Positions 48,582 through 57,081 of a DNA stretch of 64,000 nt are shown piece after piece. Each line of letters begins with the position of its first letter. The first letter of the stretch is position 1. A model generated the notes under the pieces. It did not search any database, was not told the origin of the DNA, and saw only the letters and a list, made by a program, of their open reading frames with translations. A program made the translations under genes and the position numbers. Source of the DNA: a virus (taxonomy: Duplodnaviria; Caudoviricetes); the IMG/VR virus record IMGVR_UViG_3300027804_000057, positions 21,934 through 85,933 of that record, one strand, 5' to 3'.

Positions 48582-49397
48582 ATGGAAATACAAGTCAAAG
48601 TTGAAGATTTGAAAAAGAATAAACTGTTTGTGGCTACACCAATGTATGGTGGCATGGCACACGGGTTGTACCTGAAGTCTTGTTTAGACCTTCAAGGTAT
48701 TATGTCACGTTATGGTGTTGATGTTAAGTTCTCTTTCCTATTTAATGAATCACTTATTACACGTGCAAGAAACTACCTCGTAGATGAATTCTTGCGCTCA
48801 GATTGCACACACTTATTGTTTTTGGATTCTGATATTCATTACAACCCACAAGATGTTGTAGCATTATTGGCATTAGATAAAGATGTTATTGGTGGTCCTT
48901 ACCCCAAGAAATCAATCAATTGGAATAACATTGCACATGCCGCACGTAACCATCCAGATTTGGAACCACGTGAATTGGAAACATTGGTTGGTGAATATGT
49001 ATTCAATGTTGTTAAAGGCACATCACAATTCTCAGTTACCGAACCACTAGAAGTATTAGAAATTGGTACTGGTTTTATGTTGGTTAAACGTGAAGTCTTC
49101 GATAAGATGGCTGTAGAGTATCCAAACATTCGTTACAAACCAGACCACGTTGGTCAGGCCCACTTTGATGGTTCACGTTACATTCATGCTTACTTTGATA
49201 CTGTAATCGACACCAAAGACTCTATCACAGGCGGTGGTTCAGAACGTTATCTAAGTGAAGATTATATGTTCTGTCAAATGTGGCGTAAGATGGGTGGAGA
49301 TATCTTCTTGTGCCCATGGATGAAGACACAACATATTGGTACATATGCCTTCTCAGGTAATATGCCTAAAGTAGCAGAGTTAACTGGAAGGTTATAA
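48582..49397 (+). CDS. GT-A-fold glycosyltransferase-like protein
   Basis: LFVATPMYGG; ESLITRARN; LFLDSD (DxD); GTGFML.KR; LSEDY.FC; H.G. Confidence 0.8.
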   Translation: MEIQVKVEDLKKNKLFVATPMYGGMAHGLYLKSCLDLQGIMSRYGVDVKFSFLFNESLITRARNYLVDEFLRSDCTHLLFLDSDIHYNPQDVVALLALDKDVIGGPYPKKSINWNNIAHAARNHPDLEPRELETLVGEYVFNVVKGTSQFSVTEPLEVLEIGTGFMLVKREVFDKMAVEYPNIRYKPDHVGQAHFDGSRYIHAYFDTVIDTKDSITGGGSERYLSEDYMFCQMWRKMGGDIFLCPWMKTQHIGTYAFSGNMPKVAELTGRL

Positions 49398-49699
49398 TGG
49401 TTACTGGTCGTAAGTTTGATGTTGGCAAACTAGAATATGGTTTGTTGCCGCCTCTTGCGCTAGAGGAGACGGTTAAAGTTCTTACCTTTGGTGCTCAAAA
49501 ATATGAACGTGATAATTGGCAGAAAGTACCTGATTCTAAACGCAGGTACTTTGATGCATTACAACGGCACGTTTGGGCATGGAAACAAGGTGAGCAACTT
49601 GACCCCGAATCTGGCATACATCACTTGGCTCATGCTATGTGTTGCCTAATGTTTTTATATGAGCATGACATTAAATATTCGCTTGACAAAGACAAGTAA
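49397..49699 (+). CDS. dATP/dGTP diphosphohydrolase-like protein (DUF5664 family)
   Basis: GRKFD.GK..Y.L.P..AL......LTFGA.KY..DNW; Y..A..RH..AW..GE..DPESG.HHLAHA.CCL.FL. Confidence 0.8.
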   Translation: MVTGRKFDVGKLEYGLLPPLALEETVKVLTFGAQKYERDNWQKVPDSKRRYFDALQRHVWAWKQGEQLDPESGIHHLAHAMCCLMFLYEHDIKYSLDKDK

Positions 49700-49711
49700 A
49701 CCATATATAAT
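49683..49711 (+). promoter_or_regulatory. Consensus sigma70 promoter for gp45
   Basis: TTGACA-N17-TATAAT. Confidence 0.85.
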
Positions 49712-49730
49712 TAATTTTTTGGAGTATATT

Positions 49731-50414
49731 ATGAAACTATCGAATGACACCCTAAACGTACTGAAAAACTTCGGTGCAATCAACCAAGGTATTTACTTTC
49801 GCAAAGGTAATACATTGAAGACCATGTCTTCACACAAAAACATCCTAGCACAGGTCAACATCACTGAAGATGTTCCTGCTGACTTTGGTGTTTATGACCT
49901 CAACAATTTCTTGTCTGTTGTATCTCTACACAAAGATGATACCACATTTGAGTTTGATGACAAGCATGTTGTCATTGTTGGTAACAAAGGTCGTTCTAAA
50001 ATCAAGTATCGTTTCTGCGATCCAACTATGATTGTTACGGCACCAGAGAAAGAATTGCAGGTACCAAATCCTGAGATTACTTTCACTTTGACTGCAGAAG
50101 ATTTGGATTGGGTACTACGTGCAGCTAACGTATTGTCCTCACCACAAATTGCCGTTGAATCTGATGGTACCAAAATCAATTTGGTTACACTAGATACAAC
50201 CAATGACTCAGCACACACAGATTGCCTTGAACTTGGTGATGGCAATGGCAGTAAATACAAGATGATTTTCCGCACAGAAAACATTAGCAAGGTTATGCCT
50301 GGTGCTTATGATGTGAATATTTCTTCAAAAGGTATTTCACATCTACGCCACAAGGGCAAAGATTTACAATATTGGATTACTACCGAGGCCGGTTCAAAGT
50401 TTTCTAAAGAATAA
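49731..50414 (+). CDS. gp45: Sliding clamp gp45
   Basis: MKLS..TL..LKNF..IN; FG.YDLN.FL; Y.V.IS.KGIS; Y.I..E; start placed at ATG 49731. Confidence 0.95.
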   Translation: MKLSNDTLNVLKNFGAINQGIYFRKGNTLKTMSSHKNILAQVNITEDVPADFGVYDLNNFLSVVSLHKDDTTFEFDDKHVVIVGNKGRSKIKYRFCDPTMIVTAPEKELQVPNPEITFTLTAEDLDWVLRAANVLSSPQIAVESDGTKINLVTLDTTNDSAHTDCLELGDGNGSKYKMIFRTENISKVMPGAYDVNISSKGISHLRHKGKDLQYWITTEAGSKFSKE

Positions 50415-50533
50415 ACACAACTAAATAATAAGTTACATCATGTAACGGCCTAAAGAAAAACGATAGTGACCCTATGCAGTATTTTTAGGATATCAACTTA
50501 ACAATTAGCTGAACGCTATTAGAAAGACACTCA

Positions 50534-51934
50534 ATGTATAATGACAATTTATTTCCACCTAATGATTTAGAAATTTTTGTGGAAAATTCAGTTGCAGATA
50601 TTTCACACCAAAAAACAATAATTGAATATAATAAATTACCTATTAAAGGAATTTATAAAGATTCATCAAAAAAAGAACACGATTTATTTCCAGATTTGGT
50701 TAATAATGAGTTTCTATTTGTTGACCATTATTCAAATAAATCAAAATCAGACATAACTGAAACTTGGCCAGATGATTGTGACTATTCATTTTATCCACAC
50801 ATTGATGATATAATTGATGATATCATATCAAATCCTAAAAAATATATTGGTAAAAATATTACTGTAAGGGTTGATAGTGATATGATTTATTCATCATCTA
50901 AAAAAGAACCATTCAATGGATATGACCGACCAGAAGATGTTGATTACGAAGCAGTAACTCAAAATTTAAGAAAAAGTGATTTGAATGGTGAAGAAAGAGG
51001 ATTTATCTCCGCAGATTGTCCTACATCCAATGCATATGTTCGTTGGCACTATAATAAATCTAAAAAAGTAAATGGACTAACTATTGTAAAATATATGGGT
51101 AATCACCGTTTCGCTTTAAAGAAAAGAGCAAATGGTGGTGAAAAAGTTGAAATATTAATAGTGTTACATTTTCATCCACTTAATTATGATGATTGTTTAG
51201 AAGACTTTATGGTTCGTGAAAGTGATGGCCATCACACCGATGCTCAGGACCGAAAAGGACAAACTGAAGACCAAAGAGCATATTCTGGATACAAAGCCAA
51301 AAAGAAAGAATATGTTGAGTTAATTAACTTATTAAAAGAACTTCAAATTGATTATTGTAAAATTCTCCAACAAGAAAAATTATTAATTGATGTTGATAAT
51401 ACACCATCACTATCTTCAATTCAAGGTATGAATGGTGGAATAAATTCTGGAATATTTAAAAAATATAGCCAAGAAATTATAAAACAATCTTTGAGTGTTT
51501 GTAGATATATTTCAGTTCATCACACACAAAAAGAATCTTTAAAAGTTATATCTCATTCAGCGGTAATGTGTTTTGCTAATTTATATTATTACTTTACTAC
51601 AGAAATGGGAGACCAAACTCCATTATTGACCAAAAAACAATTGACTGATTTTTTGATTGATAAATTTACTATACCAGGAAAATGGTCTAAAATTACAAAA
51701 CTGGAAATATTAAATCAATCTGGTGGCCAAAAAGATTACAATGTGATTAATGCCACTAAACTTTTAAGAGAGTTGAATGATTATTATATTGACCAGATTC
51801 CTACTAAAATTGGTGGTAGAAGAAAAAATGGATTTGGAATGAATAATCCTGCAATAATGGCATTTTTTGGTTCTATTAATGATGAATTACAAAGAAGATT
51901 TGCCATAAGTGAGTCGGGATTATTGTATAAGTAA
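50534..51934 (+). CDS. AT-rich hypothetical protein inserted between gp45 and gp44; GNHR motif suggests ParB/Srx-like fold
   Basis: 466 aa; codons visibly richer in AAA/AAT/TTA than neighbours; KYMGNHRF; ACTAAATA at 50420. Confidence 0.6.
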   Translation: MYNDNLFPPNDLEIFVENSVADISHQKTIIEYNKLPIKGIYKDSSKKEHDLFPDLVNNEFLFVDHYSNKSKSDITETWPDDCDYSFYPHIDDIIDDIISNPKKYIGKNITVRVDSDMIYSSSKKEPFNGYDRPEDVDYEAVTQNLRKSDLNGEERGFISADCPTSNAYVRWHYNKSKKVNGLTIVKYMGNHRFALKKRANGGEKVEILIVLHFHPLNYDDCLEDFMVRESDGHHTDAQDRKGQTEDQRAYSGYKAKKKEYVELINLLKELQIDYCKILQQEKLLIDVDNTPSLSSIQGMNGGINSGIFKKYSQEIIKQSLSVCRYISVHHTQKESLKVISHSAVMCFANLYYYFTTEMGDQTPLLTKKQLTDFLIDKFTIPGKWSKITKLEILNQSGGQKDYNVINATKLLRELNDYYIDQIPTKIGGRRKNGFGMNNPAIMAFFGSINDELQRRFAISESGLLYK

Positions 51935-52004
51935 GTGAACAACATATGCCACTCTAGTTGGTGTTATATGTTATAATTATTTTTTATTATGAAAGAGGTG
52001 AGTT

Positions 52005-52937
52005 ATGGAACATTTATTATGGACAGAGAAGTATCGTCCTAAAACTATTGAAGAATGTATTTTACCTGAACGGTTGAAAACACCGTTTCAAGAATACGTA
52101 AATCAGAAAAACATTCCCAACTTGTTATTGAGTGGCGGCGCAGGTGTCGGTAAGACAACTGTTGCCAAGGCCATGTGTAATGAGATTGGTTGTGACTACA
52201 TTGTCATTAATGGTTCTGATGAATCTGGCATCGATGTGTTTCGTACCAAGATTAAGAACTATGCTTCTTCTATGTCTCTATCGGGTGGCCGCAAGGTTAT
52301 CATTATCGATGAGGCAGATTATCTAAATCCGAATTCCACACAGCCTGCTCTTCGTAATGCGATTGAAGAGTTTGCAGGTAACTGTTCGTTTATTTTTACT
52401 TGTAACTTTAAGAACCGCATCATTGAACCATTGCACTCTCGTTGTGCCGTGATTGAGTTTGGTCTTATGAATGGTGAGAAGGCCAAGATGGCTGGTTCAT
52501 TCTTCAAGCGAATTCAGTCGGTTTTACAAAGTGAAAAAGTTGACTATGATGACGCTGTTATTGCAGAATTAGTTAAGAAACACTTTCCAGATTTCCGCCG
52601 TATCATTAATGAGATGCAAAGGTATTCTCAGTTTGGTAAGATTGATTCTGGCATTCTTGTTCAGATGGGTGATGTTGAGATTTCAAACATCGTCAAGTTC
52701 ATTAAGGACAAAGACTTCGGTGCAATTCGTAAATGGGTTGCTACAACTGAGATTGATGCTGCAACATTGTACCGTAAATTGTATGATGGTCTGTATGACG
52801 TTTTGAAACCACAAAGTATTCCTCAAGCAGTTATCATTATTGCTGACTATCAATACAAACAAGCATTCGTGGCTGATCCTGAGATTAACACTGTGGCTTG
52901 TTTAACTGAATTGATGGTAAGTGTGGAGTTCAAATGA
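52005..52937 (+). CDS. gp44: Clamp loader large subunit gp44
   Basis: LWTEKYRP; GAGVGKTT; IIIDEAD; SRC; FPDFRR. Confidence 0.97.
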   Translation: MEHLLWTEKYRPKTIEECILPERLKTPFQEYVNQKNIPNLLLSGGAGVGKTTVAKAMCNEIGCDYIVINGSDESGIDVFRTKIKNYASSMSLSGGRKVIIIDEADYLNPNSTQPALRNAIEEFAGNCSFIFTCNFKNRIIEPLHSRCAVIEFGLMNGEKAKMAGSFFKRIQSVLQSEKVDYDDAVIAELVKKHFPDFRRIINEMQRYSQFGKIDSGILVQMGDVEISNIVKFIKDKDFGAIRKWVATTEIDAATLYRKLYDGLYDVLKPQSIPQAVIIIADYQYKQAFVADPEINTVACLTELMVSVEFK

Positions 52938-53122
52938 GTAAAGATTTTGAAGTACATCCGATTGGTACTGCTAATGAAATTAAGTTGTCTCGTCAACTTA
53001 GTTCTGCCATCGAACAAATTACACATCAGTATGGTGACGGCATTGTTCCTAATTCCGTGTTCAAAGCATACAAAGAATTGACTGACTATTATGCCGTGCA
53101 GATTGAGATGGAAAATGAATGA
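52934..53122 (+). CDS. Hypothetical protein
   Basis: 62 aa, ATGA overlap with gp44. Confidence 0.55.
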   Translation: MSKDFEVHPIGTANEIKLSRQLSSAIEQITHQYGDGIVPNSVFKAYKELTDYYAVQIEMENE

Positions 53123-53402
53123 CCTTTTTAGACCAACATTAGACTGGATTGCAGATGACTACAAAAGTAATAGAGTTCGTTTTTGTCTTGAGGTCCTTGC
53201 TTGGGCTCTTAGTATTGGTTGTTCTATCACTATGGCAATCACCGTTCCAACACCACCTCTCTTGGTTTTATACCCAGTCTGGATTGTTGGTTGTTCTATA
53301 TACGCTTGGTGCGCTTACAACAGGCGTTCCTTTGGTATGTTGGCTAATTACCTCTTGCTTACCACAATCGACACAATCGGATTAATAAGGATGGTAGTAT
53401 GA
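53115..53402 (+). CDS. Small membrane protein (about three TM segments)
   Basis: Three hydrophobic stretches; start placed at ATG 53115. Confidence 0.7.
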   Translation: MNDLFRPTLDWIADDYKSNRVRFCLEVLAWALSIGCSITMAITVPTPPLLVLYPVWIVGCSIYAWCAYNRRSFGMLANYLLLTTIDTIGLIRMVV

Positions 53403-53788
53403 GTCCGTTTGATTATGTAAACCAAATTCTACAAGGAAAGAAACAGTTAATTGTTGATGATGTGACTGAATCGGAATACGTTCCGTTTTTGGTCAATCGT
53501 TCGCTGTCATACCAAATTGATTGTGTGTCATATGCGAATGAGATGAATCGCAGGTCATTCATCGACAAGAAACTACAGAATGATTTTTTGTTAAACACTA
53601 TTCGCTCAAAGAAAAGACCGTTTGTAAAGTGGGCTAAGTCTGATAAAAGTTCAGATATTGACGCAATTAAATTTCATTTCGGTTTTTCTGACATAAAAGC
53701 ACTCGAAGCACTCCGCCTGTTGACCGATGAACAAATATATCTTTTGAAAGAAAAAATGTCCATTGGAGGACTAAAAAATACTAAATAA
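53399..53788 (+). CDS. gp62: Clamp loader small subunit gp62
   Basis: MSPFDY.N.I...K; Y.PFLVNRSLS...D....ANEMN; FLLN.IR.KKRPF.KW; A.EAL.LL; ends GG. Confidence 0.93.
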   Translation: MSPFDYVNQILQGKKQLIVDDVTESEYVPFLVNRSLSYQIDCVSYANEMNRRSFIDKKLQNDFLLNTIRSKKRPFVKWAKSDKSSDIDAIKFHFGFSDIKALEALRLLTDEQIYLLKEKMSIGGLKNTK

Positions 53789-53813
53789 TATTAACTAATA
53801 TTGTGAGGTGTTT

Positions 53814-54311
53814 ATGCAAATAATAAGTAGAGAAGAAGCAAAAAAACAAGGTTTCTTTAGATATTTCAATGGTAAACCTTGTAAAAAAGGACACATATCT
53901 CAAAAATATGTTTCAAACATGGGATGTGTAGAATGTGCTAATATCAAAAATAAATCTTTGGATAATAGAAAAATACACAAAGAGAAATATGAAGAACTTG
54001 GATTGAAGTTTATAAAATCTATGTGGTGGAGGGCTAAGAAAAGGTCTGAGAAAACTGGTATAGAATTTAATATAGAGTTGGATGATATCAAAATACCAAA
54101 ATTGTGTCCAGTATTTGGTTTTGAATTTGAAGTCGGTGTCGGTAAAGGTCCAACAGATAAGTCACCATCATTGGATAGGATTGATAATAGTAAAGGATAT
54201 GTAAAAGGCAATATACAGATTATATCGTTCAAAGCTAATCGGTTAAAGAATGATTGTGGTATAGTTGATATTGAAAAATTGTTATGTTATATGAAATTAT
54301 TAAAACACTAA
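53814..54311 (+). mobile_element. HNH homing endonuclease
   Basis: YFNGKPCKKGH...C.EC; CPVFG; PSLDRIDNSKGYVKGNIQIIS.KAN.LK; GAGG SD; ACTAAATA at 53780. Confidence 0.88.
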
Positions 54312-54499
54312 ATACCATAAGGTCTAAGAAAAGACCGTTCGTAAAGTGGGCTAAGTCTGATAAAAGTGAAGATATACAATGCATTAAAACCGTCTATGGT
54401 TTTTCTGATACGAAAGCACTTGAAGCACTCCGCCTATTGACTAATGAACAAATCCAACAATTAAAAGAAAAAACCGGTATCGGTGGATTGAGGAAATAA
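54308..54499 (+). pseudogene. gp62: Second copy of the gp62 3' end (orphan C-terminal fragment)
   Basis: LNTIRSKKRPFVKWAKSDKS...KALEALRLLT.EQI..LKEK..IGGL; 54326-54367 matches 53609-53650 at 41 of 42 bp. Confidence 0.85.
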
Positions 54500-54500
54500 T

Positions 54501-54905
54501 ATGGTAGATTTAAACAAGTTTGTTGAGGTTAAATTAAAGCAAGAGGATGATTTTTTAAAGGTACGTGAAACATTAACCAGAATCGGTGTTTCTTCACGTA
54601 AAGATAAGATTTTGTATCAGTCATGCCACATTTTACACAAACAAGGTAAATATTATATTGTACACTTCAAAGAATTATTCCAATTGGATGGCAAACCAAC
54701 CGATATTACAGAGAATGATATTCAAAGAAGAAATGCAATTGCAAGATTATTAGAAGAATGGGGTTTGGTGAAAGTTTCTAATCCAGAATTGATGGGTGAT
54801 AACATTGCACCATTACACCAAATCAAAATCATCTCTCACAAAGAGAAAGATGAATGGAATTTGGTACCAAAATACAATATTGGTAAGAAGATTACACCAC
54901 AGTAA
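54501..54905 (+). CDS. regA: Translational repressor RegA
   Basis: DDFLKVRETLTRIGV.S; LYQSCHILHKQG.YYIVHFKELF.LDGK; RRN.IA.LL..WGL. Confidence 0.97.
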   Translation: MVDLNKFVEVKLKQEDDFLKVRETLTRIGVSSRKDKILYQSCHILHKQGKYYIVHFKELFQLDGKPTDITENDIQRRNAIARLLEEWGLVKVSNPELMGDNIAPLHQIKIISHKEKDEWNLVPKYNIGKKITPQ

Positions 54906-54916
54906 GTAGATATATT

Positions 54917-55102
54917 ATGAAACAAGTGAAAGAAAAAGTTGAAAAGTTGAAAAACATTTATACTGGTGAGGTGGTGTACACCAGTAATTTGTTTGAGAAA
55001 AGACAAGACAGTACAATGACATTTATCCAGGTATACAAAGCAGAAAATCCACAAAGAAAATACTTTGTGAATGGTGAAGCTTTTGTAAAATTGGATAAAT
55101 AA
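54917..55102 (+). CDS. Hypothetical protein
   Basis: 61 aa between regA and hsp20. Confidence 0.6.
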   Translation: MKQVKEKVEKLKNIYTGEVVYTSNLFEKRQDSTMTFIQVYKAENPQRKYFVNGEAFVKLDK

Positions 55103-55108
55103 AAATAC

Positions 55109-55259
55109 TCCCTCGGGATGGGAACGTAAAGACTCTACTACCTTAGGAGCGTCTAAAGCCGGTACAACGATAAGGTACCCCAGTAGTCGGTAAGCTGGAT
55201 TAATGATATGCCTTCGGGGTATCTATTTTTAAACTTGCTTTTTAAAGGAGAAAACTATG
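55109..55259 (+). ncRNA. Structured hsp20 leader ending in a ROSE-like SD hairpin
   Basis: Several hairpins including cUUCGg at 55205-55223; CUUGCU(U)...(A)AGGAG pairing with a bulged G. Confidence 0.6.
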
Positions 55260-55709
55260 ACAAGTATTTCAGCATTGTATCCATCATACGTTGGATTTGA
55301 CCAGTTATTCACTGAGTTGGAGAAACTCGTTGGTAAAGGTCAAACAGTCCAATCATCTTTCCCTCCACACAACATCATCAAAGTAGAAGACAACAAGTAT
55401 GTCGTTGAAATGGCTGTTGCTGGATTTTCAAAAGATGAAATCGACATTCAACTTGATGAAGGTAATCTAGTGATTCGTGGTGAGAAGAACACCAAAGATG
55501 AAGCAAATTATGTTTATCGTGGTATTGCTGCTCGTTCTTTCACTAAGAATATCAGATTGACTGATACTATGGAAGTGCGTGGTGCCGAATTCAAAGACGG
55601 CATTTTGAAGATTGGTTTGGAGAATGTAATTCCTGACCATAAAAAACCAAGGAAGATTGAGATTGGTGAGCAACTTGCGTTCTCAAAACCAACTCTATTG
55701 ACTGAGTAA
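55257..55709 (+). CDS. hsp20: Small heat shock protein Hsp20 (IbpA-like)
   Basis: GFDQLF; FPPHNI; EMAVAGF; RGIAAR.F; A...DGIL.I.L....P..KKPRKIEI. Confidence 0.95.
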   Translation: MTSISALYPSYVGFDQLFTELEKLVGKGQTVQSSFPPHNIIKVEDNKYVVEMAVAGFSKDEIDIQLDEGNLVIRGEKNTKDEANYVYRGIAARSFTKNIRLTDTMEVRGAEFKDGILKIGLENVIPDHKKPRKIEIGEQLAFSKPTLLTE

Positions 55710-55713
55710 AACT

Positions 55714-55735
55714 GTGGGGCGAAAGCCCCACTTAC
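55714..55735 (+). terminator. Hairpin after hsp20, possible terminator or stabiliser
   Basis: GTGGGGC-GAAA-GCCCCAC; weak U tract. Confidence 0.5.
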
Positions 55736-55741
55736 TATATT

Positions 55742-56233
55742 ATGAAAAAGAAATTTATTGATGCACACATGAAGACTGCTGAAGTCTATGCCGAACTGTC
55801 TTCTGCAAAAAGATTGCACGTTGGATGTGTTGTTGTAAAAGATAATACAATCATTGGCATCGGTTATAATGGCATGCCTTCAGGTTGGGATAACAACTGT
55901 GAGGACACTGAATATGTCCTTAAAGATGAATGTTACTATACTGAATTTCAAATGAAGGAATACGGATATACCGAAACTGTTCACGGTTGGACACGAAATA
56001 AAACCAAACCTGAAGTACTCCATGCAGAGACCAATGCGTTGGCCAAGATTGCACGTAGTACCAATTCAAGTGATGGTGCAACATTGTTTGTAACTCATGC
56101 GCCATGTTTAGATTGTGCCAAACTAATTCATCAATCGGGTATCGATAGTGTATATTACCGAAATAGTTATCGCAACGATGACGGTATTAATTTTCTAAAG
56201 AAGTGTAATGTAGCTGTTCAACAGCATATATAA
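55742..56233 (+). CDS. cd: dCMP deaminase
   Basis: GYNGMPSG; HAETNA; PCLDC zinc motif. Confidence 0.92.
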   Translation: MKKKFIDAHMKTAEVYAELSSAKRLHVGCVVVKDNTIIGIGYNGMPSGWDNNCEDTEYVLKDECYYTEFQMKEYGYTETVHGWTRNKTKPEVLHAETNALAKIARSTNSSDGATLFVTHAPCLDCAKLIHQSGIDSVYYRNSYRNDDGINFLKKCNVAVQQHI

Positions 56234-56249
56234 TTTAAAGGGGTTTATT

Positions 56250-56708
56250 ATGTTAGTAGTGCCGGATGATATGGCAGGCAGACCAATTGGTTTCACCTGC
56301 TCAACTTTTGATTTACTTCATGCAGGACATATTCTTATGCTTGCTGAAGCCAAGTCTGTATGTGACCACTTGATTGTTGGTTTACAAAATGATCCAAGTT
56401 CCGATAGACCTGGTAAAAACAAACCAGTTCAATCTATTGTCGAACGATTCGTGCAACTTTCTGCGGTAAAATTTGTGGATGAGATTGTTGTTTATAGTAC
56501 CGAAAAAGACCTTGAAGACCTATTGATGTTTCTACCAATTTCTGTTAGAATCATTGGTGAAGAATACAAAGACAAAGAATATACAGGTAAACAAATCTGT
56601 ATTGACCGAGGTATCAATATGTACTTTAACTCCCGCAACCACCGATTCAGTTCAACCGAATTGAGACAGCGTGCATACCAATCTGAATTGAGTCGTCAGA
56701 ATGTATAA
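56250..56708 (+). CDS. Cytidylyltransferase (TagD-like)
   Basis: FDLLHAGH (HxGH); LIVGLQ.DP; ER; FSSTELR. Confidence 0.88.
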   Translation: MLVVPDDMAGRPIGFTCSTFDLLHAGHILMLAEAKSVCDHLIVGLQNDPSSDRPGKNKPVQSIVERFVQLSAVKFVDEIVVYSTEKDLEDLLMFLPISVRIIGEEYKDKEYTGKQICIDRGINMYFNSRNHRFSSTELRQRAYQSELSRQNV

Positions 56709-57045
56709 TGATGTTTGTAAATTTATTGATGCTTGTGACCAAGAACCATCAGCAAAAAATGTTAAGTTATACAAAACCTTAATTGATGAAGAAGTCGGTG
56801 AGTTTCGTTCAGCTTACTATGCATGTGATGAAGTAGAACAACTTGATGCCTGTATGGATATGATTTGGGTTATTCTTGGGTATTGTAAGATGAAGGGGTA
56901 TGATGTTGATGCGGCATGGGCAGAAGTTGCCCGTTCTAACTTGGCAAAGATTGACCCGACAACAGGCAAAGTACTTAAACGACCAGACGGCAAAGTTTTA
57001 AAACCAGAAGGATGGACACCTCCTGCGCTTGACAAGTTCGTTTAA
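56701..57045 (+). CDS. MazG-like/PRA-PH-like NTP pyrophosphohydrolase
   Basis: LIDEEVGEF; LDA.MD..WV; EV.RSNL.K; DGKVLKP. Confidence 0.82.
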   Translation: MYNDVCKFIDACDQEPSAKNVKLYKTLIDEEVGEFRSAYYACDEVEQLDACMDMIWVILGYCKMKGYDVDAAWAEVARSNLAKIDPTTGKVLKRPDGKVLKPEGWTPPALDKFV

Positions 57046-57057
57046 ATACATTATAAT
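57029..57057 (+). promoter_or_regulatory. Consensus sigma70 promoter upstream of the gp43 region
   Basis: TTGACA-N17-TATAAT. Confidence 0.85.
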
Positions 57058-57081
57058 TGATTATTAACTTTCGGAGATATT

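Noticed and set aside
53789-54325. Group I intron in gp62
   Set aside because: The upstream gp62 is complete with its own stop, and only about 25 non-coding bases flank the HNH ORF, too few for a P3-P9 core
54284-54499. Independent 71-aa gene
   Set aside because: The ATG lies inside the HNH ORF without a clear SD; the sequence is a gp62 3' duplicate. Low-level translation is not excluded
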